From: Candidatus Dormiibacterota bacterium
GTDB lineage: Bacteria > Acidobacteriota > Polarisedimenticolia > Gp22-AA2
Direction: 5' to 3'
Assembly (NCBI GenBank): GCA_035635555.1
Contig: DASQAT010000046.1
Span: 320,075-384,074 of the forward strand
DNA: 64,000 bases
A program made the position numbers and the translations under genes. Below the pieces are notes generated by a model, which did not search any database, had not been told where the DNA came from, and worked only from the letters and a program-made list of their open reading frames with translations. Of this stretch, positions 1-9,783 are shown in pieces. How positions within the stretch are numbered: the stretch's first letter is position 1; the number at the start of each line of letters is the position of its first letter.

Positions 1-32
1 CGCGGCGGAGCTGCGCGGAAGGAGGGAGACCG

Positions 33-1319
33 GTGAAGACGATCCTGCTGGCGGATGACAGCATCACCATCCAGAAGGTGGTGGAGCTGACCTTTTCCGA
101 AGCCGATTACCGGGTGGTCTCCGTCAGCACCGGCGGGCAGGCCCTCAAGAAAATCGCCGAGGTGCGCCCGGATATCGTCCTCCTGGATGTCATCATGCCG
201 GAGAAGAACGGCTACGAGGTGTGCGAGCAGATCAAGCGCAGCCCGGCGACGTCCGGCATCCCCGTGCTCCTCCTGACCGGCACATTCGAGCCGTTCGACA
301 AGAAGCGCGCCGACACCGCCGGCGCCAACGGACACATCACGAAACCGTTCGAATCGCAGGCTCTCGTCGCCAAGGTCGAGGAGCTGATCGCCTCGACACC
401 GTCGGTCTCGGTCGACGACGAGGGGGGGCGGATGGACATCATTTCGGGCGGGGAGGTGTACCGCGTCGATCCGGGCAGGGCAGGAGAAGGGATGCGCCCT
501 GCTCCGCCCGCCCCCGAGGCGGCCCCCCGCCCGTCGCCGCCCGAGGCTGCTCCGGTCGCTCTCGGCGGGTCTCTGAGCCCGGGGGCCGGAATGCCGCCCC
601 CCGGTTCTTCTCTTCCGGACGAAGACCTCGACGCTGATACGGCGCGGCACCCTGCCCTGGCGCCCCCTGATCCGTCGGCCGGCGGATCGTTCGTCGGGTT
701 CGCGGATGTCGGGATCGGGGAGGAGATGGATGCGGATGACATCGTGCCCGATCGCTACGACGTGGGGGCCGGCACGTCCGCACCGTCGACCGTCAAGCTG
801 CGCCGGGACGAGGTGATGCCTCGCCCTGACGAGGGAAGCGGGTATCCTGCGGCGCGGTCAGGAGCGGCGGGGAGGGCCGGGGCGGCGGAGGAATCGTTCA
901 GGGGATCGTTCGAGGCCGAGTTCGACCTGGTCGATGAAGCGCTTCCGGAGACCACGACCGTGACCGGGGAGGCACCGACGGAGACGGGCGGCTGGGCGCC
1001 GCCGCCGGAGGCGCCGCCCGCCGAGACCTGGCAGGACACCGAGGTCACGACCGAGAAGAGCCCGCGCGCAGGACGGGGGTCGACCGATCCGTCACCGGTG
1101 GAGAGGCCGCGCTCCGCGGCCGCGCCGATGCCGGCCGAACCTCCGAGGGACGGCCGTGGAGCGTCCCTGACGCCGGAGATGATCGATCTCATCGCCGAGA
1201 AGGTGGTGGAGCGTCTGGCGGACCGCGTGGTGCGCGAAGTGGCCTGGGAGGTCGTCCCCGGGGTCGCGGAGGCCATTGTCCGAAAAAGGATCAAGGAAAT
1301 CGAAGAGAGCGGCTCTTAG
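33..1319 (+). CDS. romR: Response regulator with CheY-like receiver domain, Pro/Ala-rich linker and conserved acidic C-terminal region; RomR-like polarity regulator
   Basis: N-terminal receiver motifs LLADDS..DIVLLDVIMP..GYEVC..IPVLLLTGTFEPFD..GHITKPFESQ. A ~250-aa Pro-rich low-complexity middle follows. The conserved C-terminal block is LTPEMIDLIAEKVVERLADRVVREVAWEVVPGVAEAIVRKRIKEIEE. The architecture matches RomR of myxobacteria from memory. GTG start at 33 is preceded by GGAAGGAGGG. Confidence 0.5.
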   Translation: MKTILLADDSITIQKVVELTFSEADYRVVSVSTGGQALKKIAEVRPDIVLLDVIMPEKNGYEVCEQIKRSPATSGIPVLLLTGTFEPFDKKRADTAGANGHITKPFESQALVAKVEELIASTPSVSVDDEGGRMDIISGGEVYRVDPGRAGEGMRPAPPAPEAAPRPSPPEAAPVALGGSLSPGAGMPPPGSSLPDEDLDADTARHPALAPPDPSAGGSFVGFADVGIGEEMDADDIVPDRYDVGAGTSAPSTVKLRRDEVMPRPDEGSGYPAARSGAAGRAGAAEESFRGSFEAEFDLVDEALPETTTVTGEAPTETGGWAPPPEAPPAETWQDTEVTTEKSPRAGRGSTDPSPVERPRSAAAPMPAEPPRDGRGASLTPEMIDLIAEKVVERLADRVVREVAWEVVPGVAEAIVRKRIKEIEESGS

Positions 1320-1340
1320 TCCCCGAGGCGCCGGCCCGCT

Positions 1341-1383
1341 CCCCGGAGGCCCCGGGCGAGGCAATCCAGCGCCTTCTTTTTTT
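1341..1383 (+). terminator. Candidate intrinsic terminator after the response regulator gene: short GC hairpins followed by a T-run TTCTTTTTTT
   Basis: cccgg-aggcc-ccggg and ggcg..cgcc stems lie immediately 5' of a 10-nt T-rich run (1374-1383). This is an unusual T-run in a ~70% GC sequence. The stems are weak. Confidence 0.3.
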
Positions 1384-1427
1384 GTCCGCGGACCCGCTGT
1401 CCGGGACTGCGCAGAGTGATCCCGCAT

Positions 1428-4079
1428 ATGGATTTCGACAAGGCATTCGAGCCCGCGCGGATCGAGGGGCGCTGGTACGACCACTGGATCAGGCTGGGTG
1501 TGTTCACGGCGCACGTCGACTCGCCCCGGCCCTCCTTCTCCATGGCGATCCCGCCTCCGAACGTGACGGGGCGCCTGCACATGGGACATGCCCTGAACAA
1601 CACCCTTCAGGACATCCTGGCGCGCTGGCGGCGCATGCGCGGAGACGACGTCCTGTGGCTTCCGGGCACCGATCACGCCGGGATCGCCACGCAGATGGTC
1701 GTGGACCGGCAGCTGGCGAAGGAAGGGACCAGCCGGGAGGCGCTGGGGCGCGAGGCCTTCGTTCGCCGGGTCTGGCAGTGGAAGGACGAGTACGGCGGGG
1801 TCATCATCGACCAGCTCAAGAGGCTGGGGTGCTCGTGCGACTGGACCCGGGAGCGATTCACCATGGATCCGGGCCTGTCGCGGGCGGTGCGTGAGGCGTT
1901 CGTCCGCCTGCACGAGGCCGGGCTCATCTACCGTGACAAATTCATCGTCAACTGGTGTCCCCGCTGCCGGACCGCCATTTCCGATCTCGAAGTGATCCCG
2001 CAGGAGACGCACGGTCACCTCTGGACCATCCGCTATCCCCTGGCCGACGGCCAGGGCGGGATCGAGGTGGCGACCACGCGCCCCGAGACGATGCTCGGCG
2101 ACACCGGGGTCGCTGTCCACCCCGAGGACGAACGCTACCGCTCCCTGATCGGCAGGACCGTCGTTCTCCCGCTCGTGGGTCGCGCCCTGCCTATCGTCGC
2201 CGACCCGTTCGTCGAGAAGGAGTTCGGAACGGGCGCCGTCAAGATCACACCGGCCCATGATCCGAACGATTTCGAGGCGGCCAGGCGCGCCGGTCTGCCG
2301 TCGCTCGTGGTGATGGACGAGCAGGGGAGGATGAACGACAACGTGCCCGAAGCCTACCGCGGTCTCGATCGATTCGACGCGCGTGGGCGCGTGGTCGCGG
2401 ATCTCCGCGCCCAGGGATTCCTGGTGTCCGTCCAGGATCACCTGCACAACGTCGGACGCTGCCAGCGTTGCAATACGATTGTCGAGCCGTACCTGTCGAC
2501 GCAGTGGTTCGTGCGCGTCAAACCGCTCGCTGACGAGGCGATCCGGGCGGTCGCAGACGGGCGGGTGCGCTTCGCTCCGGCGCACTGGGTCAACAGCTAC
2601 AACGAATGGATGGGGAAAATCCACGACTGGTGCATCTCGCGCCAGCTCTGGTGGGGGCACCAGATCCCGGCCTGGCACTGCGGGGCCTGCTCGGAGATCC
2701 ACGTGGCCCGCGAGGCCCCCGCCTCGTGCCGGCATTGCGGCGGGCGGGCCCTCCGGCAGGACCCGGATGTCCTCGACACCTGGTTCTCCTCCGCCCTGTG
2801 GCCGTTCTCGACTCTCGGATGGCCGGACGACACGCCCGATCTGCGGCGCTATTACCCGACCACGATCCTGGTCACGGGCTTCGACATCCTGTTCTTCTGG
2901 GTCTGCCGGATGATCATGATGGGGCTGCGCTTCATGACCGTCGAACCGTTCCACCGGGTGTACATCACTGGTCTGGTGCGCGACGCCGAGGGGCAGAAGA
3001 TGTCCAAGACCCGCGGCAACGTCGTCGACCCTCTGGATCTGATCGACCGCTACGGTGCCGACGCCCTGCGCCTGACCCTGGCGGCGATGGCCACGCCGGG
3101 CTCCGACCTGCCCCTGTCCGAGGAGCGCATGGTCGGATACCGGGCGTTCGCCAACAAGATCTGGAACGCCGCCCGTTTCGTCCTCCTGAACCTGGGAGAG
3201 ACCGGGGCGATCGAGACGCCGCCGCCCCTGCCGCCGCTCGACCAGCTTCGCGTCGAGGACCGCTGGATCCTGAGCCGCCTGGCGCGCCTGGCAGGGACCG
3301 TGGAGGAACGCCTGGCCGAGTCCCGGTTCGACGACACCGCCAACGCCCTGTATCAGTTCGTCTGGCACGAGTACTGTGACTGGTACCTGGAGATGGCGAA
3401 GCGTCATCTGCTCCCCGGTGGCCCGCCGGACGAGGCGGCCCGGGCGCGAACCGTGCTCCTGCACGTCCTCGACTCGGTGCTGCGGCTCCTGCACCCGGTC
3501 ATGCCGTTCATCACCGAGGACCTCTGGCAGCGCATTCCCCATCGTGGAGAGACGATCGCGCTGTCCTCCTACCCCGAGCGCGACGAGACGCACATCGACG
3601 AGGCGGCGGAACGGGACATCGCTCTCCTGATGGAAATCGTGGTCAGGGTGCGCAACATCCGGGCCGAGCTGAACGTCGACCCGGGGCGCCGTGTGCCCCT
3701 CCTGTACCATGCGCGCGATCGCGAGGCGCAGACGATCGTCGCGGCCAACGCCGCCACGATCGCCACGCTGGCCCGCCTGGAGGGCGTGAGCGCCTCGGCG
3801 GACCTGTCGACCGCCGGGCCCGCGGCCCGGGCGGTCGCGCCGGGCGTGGACCTCGCGGTGCCGCTCGCGGGAATCCTCGATCTCGAAGCCGAAAAGCGGC
3901 GTCTGTCGCGCGAGATCGAGAAGCTCGACAAGGAGAGGGAGGGGCACGCCCGCAAGCTGCAGAACGCCGAGTTTCTGGGGAAGGCGCGGCCCGAAATCGT
4001 CGACAAGGCCCGGCGGATCCACCAGGAGCTGCAGGAGAAGATCGACAGGCTCTCCCGGACGATCGAATCGCTCCGCTGA
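1428..4079 (+). CDS. valS: Valine--tRNA ligase
   Basis: HMGH-type motif PPPNVTGRLHMGHALN, KMSKTRGNVVDP (KMSKS) and a C-terminal coiled coil. The track ORF starts at GTG 1416. ATG 1428 (MDFDKAF) is the likelier start. Confidence 0.9.
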   Translation: MDFDKAFEPARIEGRWYDHWIRLGVFTAHVDSPRPSFSMAIPPPNVTGRLHMGHALNNTLQDILARWRRMRGDDVLWLPGTDHAGIATQMVVDRQLAKEGTSREALGREAFVRRVWQWKDEYGGVIIDQLKRLGCSCDWTRERFTMDPGLSRAVREAFVRLHEAGLIYRDKFIVNWCPRCRTAISDLEVIPQETHGHLWTIRYPLADGQGGIEVATTRPETMLGDTGVAVHPEDERYRSLIGRTVVLPLVGRALPIVADPFVEKEFGTGAVKITPAHDPNDFEAARRAGLPSLVVMDEQGRMNDNVPEAYRGLDRFDARGRVVADLRAQGFLVSVQDHLHNVGRCQRCNTIVEPYLSTQWFVRVKPLADEAIRAVADGRVRFAPAHWVNSYNEWMGKIHDWCISRQLWWGHQIPAWHCGACSEIHVAREAPASCRHCGGRALRQDPDVLDTWFSSALWPFSTLGWPDDTPDLRRYYPTTILVTGFDILFFWVCRMIMMGLRFMTVEPFHRVYITGLVRDAEGQKMSKTRGNVVDPLDLIDRYGADALRLTLAAMATPGSDLPLSEERMVGYRAFANKIWNAARFVLLNLGETGAIETPPPLPPLDQLRVEDRWILSRLARLAGTVEERLAESRFDDTANALYQFVWHEYCDWYLEMAKRHLLPGGPPDEAARARTVLLHVLDSVLRLLHPVMPFITEDLWQRIPHRGETIALSSYPERDETHIDEAAERDIALLMEIVVRVRNIRAELNVDPGRRVPLLYHARDREAQTIVAANAATIATLARLEGVSASADLSTAGPAARAVAPGVDLAVPLAGILDLEAEKRRLSREIEKLDKEREGHARKLQNAEFLGKARPEIVDKARRIHQELQEKIDRLSRTIESLR

Positions 4080-4108
4080 AATCCGGCCTCCGGTCGTCAC
4101 CCCCTGTC

Positions 4109-7100
4109 TCAGAATTCCCAGCGTGCCGCCAGTCTCCAGGAGCGCGGCGCCATGTAGGAAATCGGCTGTCCGAAATCGGGGTCGGTGACGCCCGTCCTGA
4201 GCTCGATATCGTCGTCGAACGACGCGACGGTCTGACGGTCCAGCACGTTGAAGACGTCCAGCATGATCCGCATGCGCCCCTTCGCGACGTCCACGGGATA
4301 GTCGGCGTGCAGATCGATGGTCGTCATTCCCGGCGTGCGGCCCACATTGCCCCGCTTGACCGGCGTGTAGGACTGCAGGAAGACCGCCTGGGTCACGTTG
4401 TCCACGTCCGACAGGGCCGCCGGCAGGCTGGACGTCGTGCGCAGGACGAAGTCGCCGGCGTTGCCGTTGCCGATCGGATCGGCCCAATAGGCGTACACGG
4501 GGTCGATCCCGGGGATCTCGCCGGCGTTCTGGTAGCTCGGATGCGCCAGGAGCGACGTGCGGGGCACGCCGCTGCTGTAGCTGAAGTTCGCCCCGAGACG
4601 CAGCTTGTTCATGAACTGGTACGTCGGATAGAGGTGAAGGACGTGGCGTGCATCCGCGGGGAGCGGGCCCTTGAGGAACTGGCCGGACATCAGGGGTGAG
4701 TTCGGAAAGTCATACAGCGACGTGATGTTCGGGTCGCTCTGCCCGTTGTCGTTCCGGTACAGCCCTTCGTAGTTCCCCTCCAGGCTCGACAGTCGATAGT
4801 TCGCGAACAGGGACCAGCGGTCCGACATGCGCTTGGTGTAGATGAGCTCCAGCGCCTTGTAGACGCGCTCCGGCTTCGGGAAATTGAACATACCGCCCGA
4901 GGGGACCTGCTTCGTCCCGGGATTGGCCAGGAGGTACTGCCCGAACGGCGTGGCCGGGAAGGTGGTGCTCTTCCCGCCGTTCACCCCCTTCGCTCCGCCG
5001 AACGGATCGTAGGGATAGCCGTACGCCACTCCGTAATAGAAGTTCTGGGTCTGCTCGATGGCGTTGACCTGCACGTCTTCGAGGACACGACCCTGCGTGC
5101 GATAGATGCCGCGCACCTCGAAGGACGAATCGGGAGTGACCTCGAAGGAGTAGCCGCCCGACAGCTCGTCCTCGTACGGGAGCTTGACGCCCCCCACCAC
5201 CGCCGTCTGGTCGATCCCCTGCGTGAACACAGAGGCCAGGGTGGCGCAGCCACCGAGGCCGGTGTCGACGCCGCTGCTGTTGACGCACTCGCTCGCGCCG
5301 CCGGGGATCGTTCGCGGCTGTGTGAGGGCGCGGTCGCTGAACTCCTGCCGGCTGATGCCGACCTCGTTGCTGAAGGCGCGCACCGCCAGGTCGTTCGGGA
5401 CCCTCTCGTAGTACCGCCCGAAATTCAGGTAGGCGTGGCTCTTGCCGTCTCCCCGGACGTCCCAGGACACGCCGATGCGCGGCGCGATGTTCCCCGCGAA
5501 GGAATAGCCGTTGGGCGAGTAGCTCGACGTCCCCGGTGTGAAGATCCGGGTCGGGACGAAGAACCCCGAGCCGGGAAACGTCTCCTTCTGCACCGTCTCG
5601 GTGGAGAACGGCAGGGTGAAGGCTCCGGCACCCTCGACCCTCTCCTCGGTCGATCGAAGACCGAGCTTGAGAGTGACACGCGATGCCACCGTCCAGCTGT
5701 CCTCGATGAACAGGTTCGACTCCTTGGACAGGGTGGGCGGGATCTCCGGGCCGAGCCGCGCGCGGGTCACCCGGAACCGGTTGCCGCTGTCGAAGGCCAC
5801 CGCCGGGTCGGCCCCTACGCCGTTGCGCACGTCCACCGTGGCGCCCCCCCGCGTGGGAATCGAAATCGTGTCCTGCACACCGTCCCCGTTGTTGTCCACC
5901 GGCAATCCGTTGGTGTAGCTGATCGGCAGCTGGATGTTGAACGAGGGACCGGTGTAGGTCGGCGTCTCCTGGTAGCTGATGTCGTCGTACTCGACGCCGT
6001 ATTTCAGCTCGTGCGTCCCCAGGATGTTGGTGAGCTTGACGGTGTAGACCGTGTTCTGGTCGTCCTGGTTGGTGATGAAGCCGACGCCCCCCCGGTTGGG
6101 GGCTACGGGGTTGATCTGCAGGGGCTGGATGCCGAGCGCCGGGTCGTTATAGCTGTCGGCGCCCCGGGTGAACTCGAGCAGGTTGCGCAGATCGCGGTAG
6201 TCGTAGTCGTTGACCGCCGACGTTTCCTTGAACACGCCGGCATGCCGGGCCACCTGCGCCTCCATGAAGAATTTCGGCGAGAAGACCGAGCTCCACTTGA
6301 TCGACTGGTTGTTGGAACCGAAGCGGATCTTGCTTTCACCCCCGCCGGTGGCGAAATCGGTGAACTGCGGCGCATTGTCGCGCTGGGGGCCGTCGCTTCC
6401 CGTGGCGGGATCTCCGAAGAAGGTGAAATCGACCTGGTTGCTGGGCGACGCCTGCCAGGAGATCTTCAGCGCGTAGTTGTCGGCCCGGCGCGTCCGGTCG
6501 AGAGTGTTCGTGGAGGAGGGGAAGGCGAGCCGATTGGTGGCGTAGGTCGTCCCACCGAACCCCGTCGGCAGCCCCTCGTCGAACACCGACACTCCGGCCT
6601 GCGCCGGCGCGAAAGCCGGGTTGTCGAGGCTGTTGGCGCGCCGGCTGTCGACGGTGGTCACAGGATTGAAGGCGAAGAAGTAGAACAGCGTGTCCTTCTT
6701 GATCGGCCCCCCCACCGAGAAGGCGAAATCGTTGACATTTTCGGCCAGGGTGTTGGAGGTGCCGGTCGTGAGATCGACCGGTGTATAGGAGGATCGCCAG
6801 CTGCGAGGCGTGGCGTACCAGGCGACGCTCCCCTTGAAGTCGTTGGTGCCCGACTTGACGATGGTGTTGATGATCCCTCCGAGGGCCTGCCCGTACTCCG
6901 CCTCGAAGCCGCCGGTCTTGATCTGGACCTGGTCCAGGAACTCGCTGGTCACCCCGGTGCCCAGGGAGCCGTACACGATGTTGTAGGCGCCGATCCCCCC
7001 GAACCCGGTATTCGTGATGTTGACGCCGTCGATCAGATACGAGTTCTCCAGGCCGGTCGCGCCGCTGATCGAATAGTTGCCCTGACCGGTGCCGAGGCCG

Positions 7101-7591
7101 CTCACGACACCTGGCGCGACCGCGTAGGTGTCGGTGAACGATCTTCCGAGCGGCACGGCGTTCGCGAAATCGTCGTATTTCAGGCTGGTTCCGGTCGCGG
7201 TCGAGGTGGTGTCGATGAGCGGTGCCGCGCCCCGGACCGTGACGCTCTCGGTCTTGCCGGGCTCGAGAGTGAAATTGAGCGTCAGGCGCTGGTTCAGCGC
7301 GACGGCGATATCACTCCGAATGACCGTCGTGAACCCGCCGGCGGCCTCGACGCGTACGGTGTACGAGCCGGGACGCAGGAACGGAACGATGTACCCGCCG
7401 TTCGCGTCGGTGGTGGCGGTGCGCGTCCCGGACTCCGACACCACGATGACGATCGCACCCGCGATCGGCCGGCCGGCGAGGTCGGTCACCTTGCCGGTGA
7501 TCGTGCCCGTCGTCAGCTCCTGCGCGGTGAGGGGAGCGAGTGAGAGTGCAAGAAGCAGCAACGAGGTCAGGCAGGTCAACAGCGGTTTCAT
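4109..7591 (-). CDS. Oar-like TonB-dependent outer-membrane receptor with N-terminal carboxypeptidase-regulatory-like domain
   Basis: Signal peptide MKPLLTCLTSLLLLALSLAPLTAQE. CarboxypepD_reg-like block GKVTDLAGRPIAGAIVIVVSESGTRTATTDANGGYIVPFLRPGSYTVRV. A long beta-barrel region ends in the aromatic C-terminus ...ARWEF. Confidence 0.8.
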   Translation of the reverse strand: MKPLLTCLTSLLLLALSLAPLTAQELTTGTITGKVTDLAGRPIAGAIVIVVSESGTRTATTDANGGYIVPFLRPGSYTVRVEAAGGFTTVIRSDIAVALNQRLTLNFTLEPGKTESVTVRGAAPLIDTTSTATGTSLKYDDFANAVPLGRSFTDTYAVAPGVVSGLGTGQGNYSISGATGLENSYLIDGVNITNTGFGGIGAYNIVYGSLGTGVTSEFLDQVQIKTGGFEAEYGQALGGIINTIVKSGTNDFKGSVAWYATPRSWRSSYTPVDLTTGTSNTLAENVNDFAFSVGGPIKKDTLFYFFAFNPVTTVDSRRANSLDNPAFAPAQAGVSVFDEGLPTGFGGTTYATNRLAFPSSTNTLDRTRRADNYALKISWQASPSNQVDFTFFGDPATGSDGPQRDNAPQFTDFATGGGESKIRFGSNNQSIKWSSVFSPKFFMEAQVARHAGVFKETSAVNDYDYRDLRNLLEFTRGADSYNDPALGIQPLQINPVAPNRGGVGFITNQDDQNTVYTVKLTNILGTHELKYGVEYDDISYQETPTYTGPSFNIQLPISYTNGLPVDNNGDGVQDTISIPTRGGATVDVRNGVGADPAVAFDSGNRFRVTRARLGPEIPPTLSKESNLFIEDSWTVASRVTLKLGLRSTEERVEGAGAFTLPFSTETVQKETFPGSGFFVPTRIFTPGTSSYSPNGYSFAGNIAPRIGVSWDVRGDGKSHAYLNFGRYYERVPNDLAVRAFSNEVGISRQEFSDRALTQPRTIPGGASECVNSSGVDTGLGGCATLASVFTQGIDQTAVVGGVKLPYEDELSGGYSFEVTPDSSFEVRGIYRTQGRVLEDVQVNAIEQTQNFYYGVAYGYPYDPFGGAKGVNGGKSTTFPATPFGQYLLANPGTKQVPSGGMFNFPKPERVYKALELIYTKRMSDRWSLFANYRLSSLEGNYEGLYRNDNGQSDPNITSLYDFPNSPLMSGQFLKGPLPADARHVLHLYPTYQFMNKLRLGANFSYSSGVPRTSLLAHPSYQNAGEIPGIDPVYAYWADPIGNGNAGDFVLRTTSSLPAALSDVDNVTQAVFLQSYTPVKRGNVGRTPGMTTIDLHADYPVDVAKGRMRIMLDVFNVLDRQTVASFDDDIELRTGVTDPDFGQPISYMAPRSWRLAARWEF

Positions 7592-8016
7592 GGGCGGAGC
7601 CCTCCCGTAGACGACGCCTTCGATTCGACGTCGCTTCAGTCCGTGCGGGTGAAGGCCCCTGCTGCTTTCCCCCCGTGACAGGAGGGGTCATGAGCGCCGC
7701 CTCGGCCCCGCGACCGGGCGGCGCGGATCGGAGCGCCTTCCGTGCGGCGGAGAGTCGGCAGTCGCAGTCACGCACCCCGCTCGAAGACCAGAAGCAACGA
7801 ACGTGCCAGGAATCCTTCGACTCCCGAGCGGCGCGGGAGCGGCGTGCGCGGATGCTTCTGCACTCAACAGTACGGCGCAAAGCGCGAACAGCCCAGGGCG
7901 GGTGCGCGATCGGTGCGGGGAACGCGCAGCAGGAAGGGGCGACTCGAAAGCGTGGAAATTAGCAGCGGGCGCGGCATTTCGGGACATGGAGCGGCGGGGG
8001 GAGGTGCGGGCGGCTG

Positions 8017-8045
8017 TTGACCCCCCCAGGGGCGTGTGGGACAAT
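8017..8045 (+). promoter_or_regulatory. Candidate sigma70 promoter for nadC (TTGACC-17-GACAAT)
   Basis: Hexamers seen at 8017-8022 and 8040-8045, about 11 nt before the nadC ATG. Confidence 0.3.
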
Positions 8046-8055
8046 CCGCTCCTCC

Positions 8056-8904
8056 ATGATCGATCCCGAGGTGGTGCGCCGCGCGGTACGCGCGGCCCTC
8101 GACGAGGATATCGGCCCGGGCGACCTGACGTCCCGCCTCGTGATCGAGGAGGGGGTCCGAGCCCGCGGCGACATCGTGGCGCGCGAGCCCCTGGTCGTTG
8201 CCGGGATGTCCGTGGCGCGCGAAGCGTTCCGCCAGGTCGACGAGTCCCTCGACTTCCAACCCCGGTGCGACGATGCCGGGCTGCGGGAGCGGGGGGAATG
8301 CATCGCGACGGTCGAGGGGGCGGCGCGCTCCATCCTGGCGGCGGAACGAACGGCCCTCAACTTCCTGCAGAGAATGTGCGGCATCGCCGTCGCCACACGG
8401 CGGGCCGTCGGGCTCCTGCGCGGAGCCCGCGTGCAGATTTCCGGGACCCGCAAGACCGCCCCGGGACTGCGTGTCCTGGACAAGTACGCCGTGGAGATCG
8501 GCGGCGGGTCGGCGCATCGCCAGGGGCTCTTCGACGCGGTCCTGATCAAGGACAACCACTGGCGCCTGGCCGGGGGGGTCGAGAAGGCGATCGATCGCGC
8601 CCGGCGCGGGATGGCCCGGGACGGACGCCTCCTGACGATCGAGATCGAGGCGGGGACCCTGGACGAGGTCGGCGAAGCCCTGCGCGCCAGCGCCGATGCC
8701 ATCCTGCTCGACAACATGGACCGCGCGACTCTGGAGCGCGCCGTCGCCCTGGCGCGCGGCCGCGCCTTCCTCGAGGTCTCGGGGGGGATTCGCGAAGAGG
8801 AGATCGCGGCGATCGCGTCCCTCGGGGTCGATCGCATCTCACTCGGGTCTCTCACCCATTCGGTTCGGGCGGCCGACCTGGCGCTGGAGCTCCGGCCGGC
8901 ATGA
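8056..8904 (+). CDS. nadC: Nicotinate-nucleotide diphosphorylase (quinolinate phosphoribosyltransferase)
   Basis: QPRTase motifs GTRKTAPGLRVLDKYAV..GG..HRQGLFDAVLIKDNH. Internal ATG 8056 is chosen over the upstream extension. The stop overlaps the birA start (ATGA). Confidence 0.85.
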   Translation: MIDPEVVRRAVRAALDEDIGPGDLTSRLVIEEGVRARGDIVAREPLVVAGMSVAREAFRQVDESLDFQPRCDDAGLRERGECIATVEGAARSILAAERTALNFLQRMCGIAVATRRAVGLLRGARVQISGTRKTAPGLRVLDKYAVEIGGGSAHRQGLFDAVLIKDNHWRLAGGVEKAIDRARRGMARDGRLLTIEIEAGTLDEVGEALRASADAILLDNMDRATLERAVALARGRAFLEVSGGIREEEIAAIASLGVDRISLGSLTHSVRAADLALELRPA

Positions 8905-9719
8905 GCGGCGAGGGAGCACGCGAGGCCCTCACCCCGGCCGCGCTGCAGGGGCGTCTGCGCTCCGCGGTGTTCGGGCACCGGGTGTTCTACTACCCGACGA
9001 TCGGTTCGACGAACGACCGGGCGCTCGACCTGGCCGCGGCCGGCGAGCCGGAAGGGGCGGCCGTCCTGGCCGAGGAGCAGACGGGCGGCCGCGGCCGGCG
9101 CGAGCGGACATGGCACTCGCCGGCGCGGCTGGGGATCTACGTCTCGCTCGTCCTGCGGCCGAACGTGCCGGCTCCGCGCGCCCCGTTGTTCACGTTCACG
9201 GCGGCGGTCGCCGTGGCCGACGCGCTGCGTGAGGTCTGCCGGCTTCAGGCGACCATCAAGTGGCCGAACGATGTCGTGGTGGGTCGGCGCAAGATTGCCG
9301 GCATTCTTGGCGAGACCCGAGGCTCCGATCCGATCATCCGGGAAATGGTCCTCGGGATCGGCCTGAACGTGAACCAGGGGGTCGAGGACTTCGGTCCCGA
9401 AGTGGCCGGACGCGCGACCTCGGTCGCGATCGAGACGGGTGCGGTGGTCGATCGCACCACGCTCCTGGCTGCCATCCTGGAGGGGTTCGAGCGGCGCTAC
9501 GCGAGGCTCGTCGGCGGGCGACCGTCCGATCTGCTGCGCGAGTGGGAATCGTTCTCGGCGCTGCCCCACGGTCGCCCAGTCGTGGTCGAGTCCCCCGGGG
9601 GGCGTCTCGAGGGGCAGGTGGCCGGCGTGGACGAGGAGGGCGCGCTGCTCCTTAAGCTGCCGGACGGTCGCACGGTGCGCGTTCCGTTCGGAGAGATCGT
9701 CGAGTCGTTGTGGCCCTGA
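8901..9719 (+). CDS. birA: Biotin--[acetyl-CoA-carboxylase] ligase
   Basis: GRGRRGRTWHSP..KWPNDVVVGRRKIAGILGE motifs. It is the C-terminal 272 aa of track ORF 7803..9719. The upstream part of that ORF is out-of-gene. Confidence 0.85.
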   Translation: MSGEGAREALTPAALQGRLRSAVFGHRVFYYPTIGSTNDRALDLAAAGEPEGAAVLAEEQTGGRGRRERTWHSPARLGIYVSLVLRPNVPAPRAPLFTFTAAVAVADALREVCRLQATIKWPNDVVVGRRKIAGILGETRGSDPIIREMVLGIGLNVNQGVEDFGPEVAGRATSVAIETGAVVDRTTLLAAILEGFERRYARLVGGRPSDLLREWESFSALPHGRPVVVESPGGRLEGQVAGVDEEGALLLKLPDGRTVRVPFGEIVESLWP

Positions 9720-9783
9720 GGCTCGGGCGAGCGGGCCCCGGGCGGTGGTGTGGACGGAACACGAGAGCGGGGGAGGGCTCACC

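Noticed and set aside
1092-4487. 1131-aa ORF antisense to valS. Similar long antisense or out-of-frame ORFs occur at 5435..7543, 7959..10010, 12288..14015, 22423..24819, 25396..27186, 33520..35535 and 57972..60311.
   Set aside because: These are Arg/Pro/Gly-rich translations typical of reading GC-rich coding DNA in the wrong frame or strand. Each overlaps a well-supported conserved gene.
7690-7965. 91-codon Arg-rich ORF with a good RBS in the receptor upstream region.
   Set aside because: GC3 and codon usage are atypical for this genome, the composition is low-complexity, and nothing is conserved. It is probably non-coding.
7803-9719. 638-aa track ORF spanning nadC and birA.
   Set aside because: Only the last 272 aa (birA, from ATG 8901) show homology. 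The upstream part is the out-of-frame nadC region.
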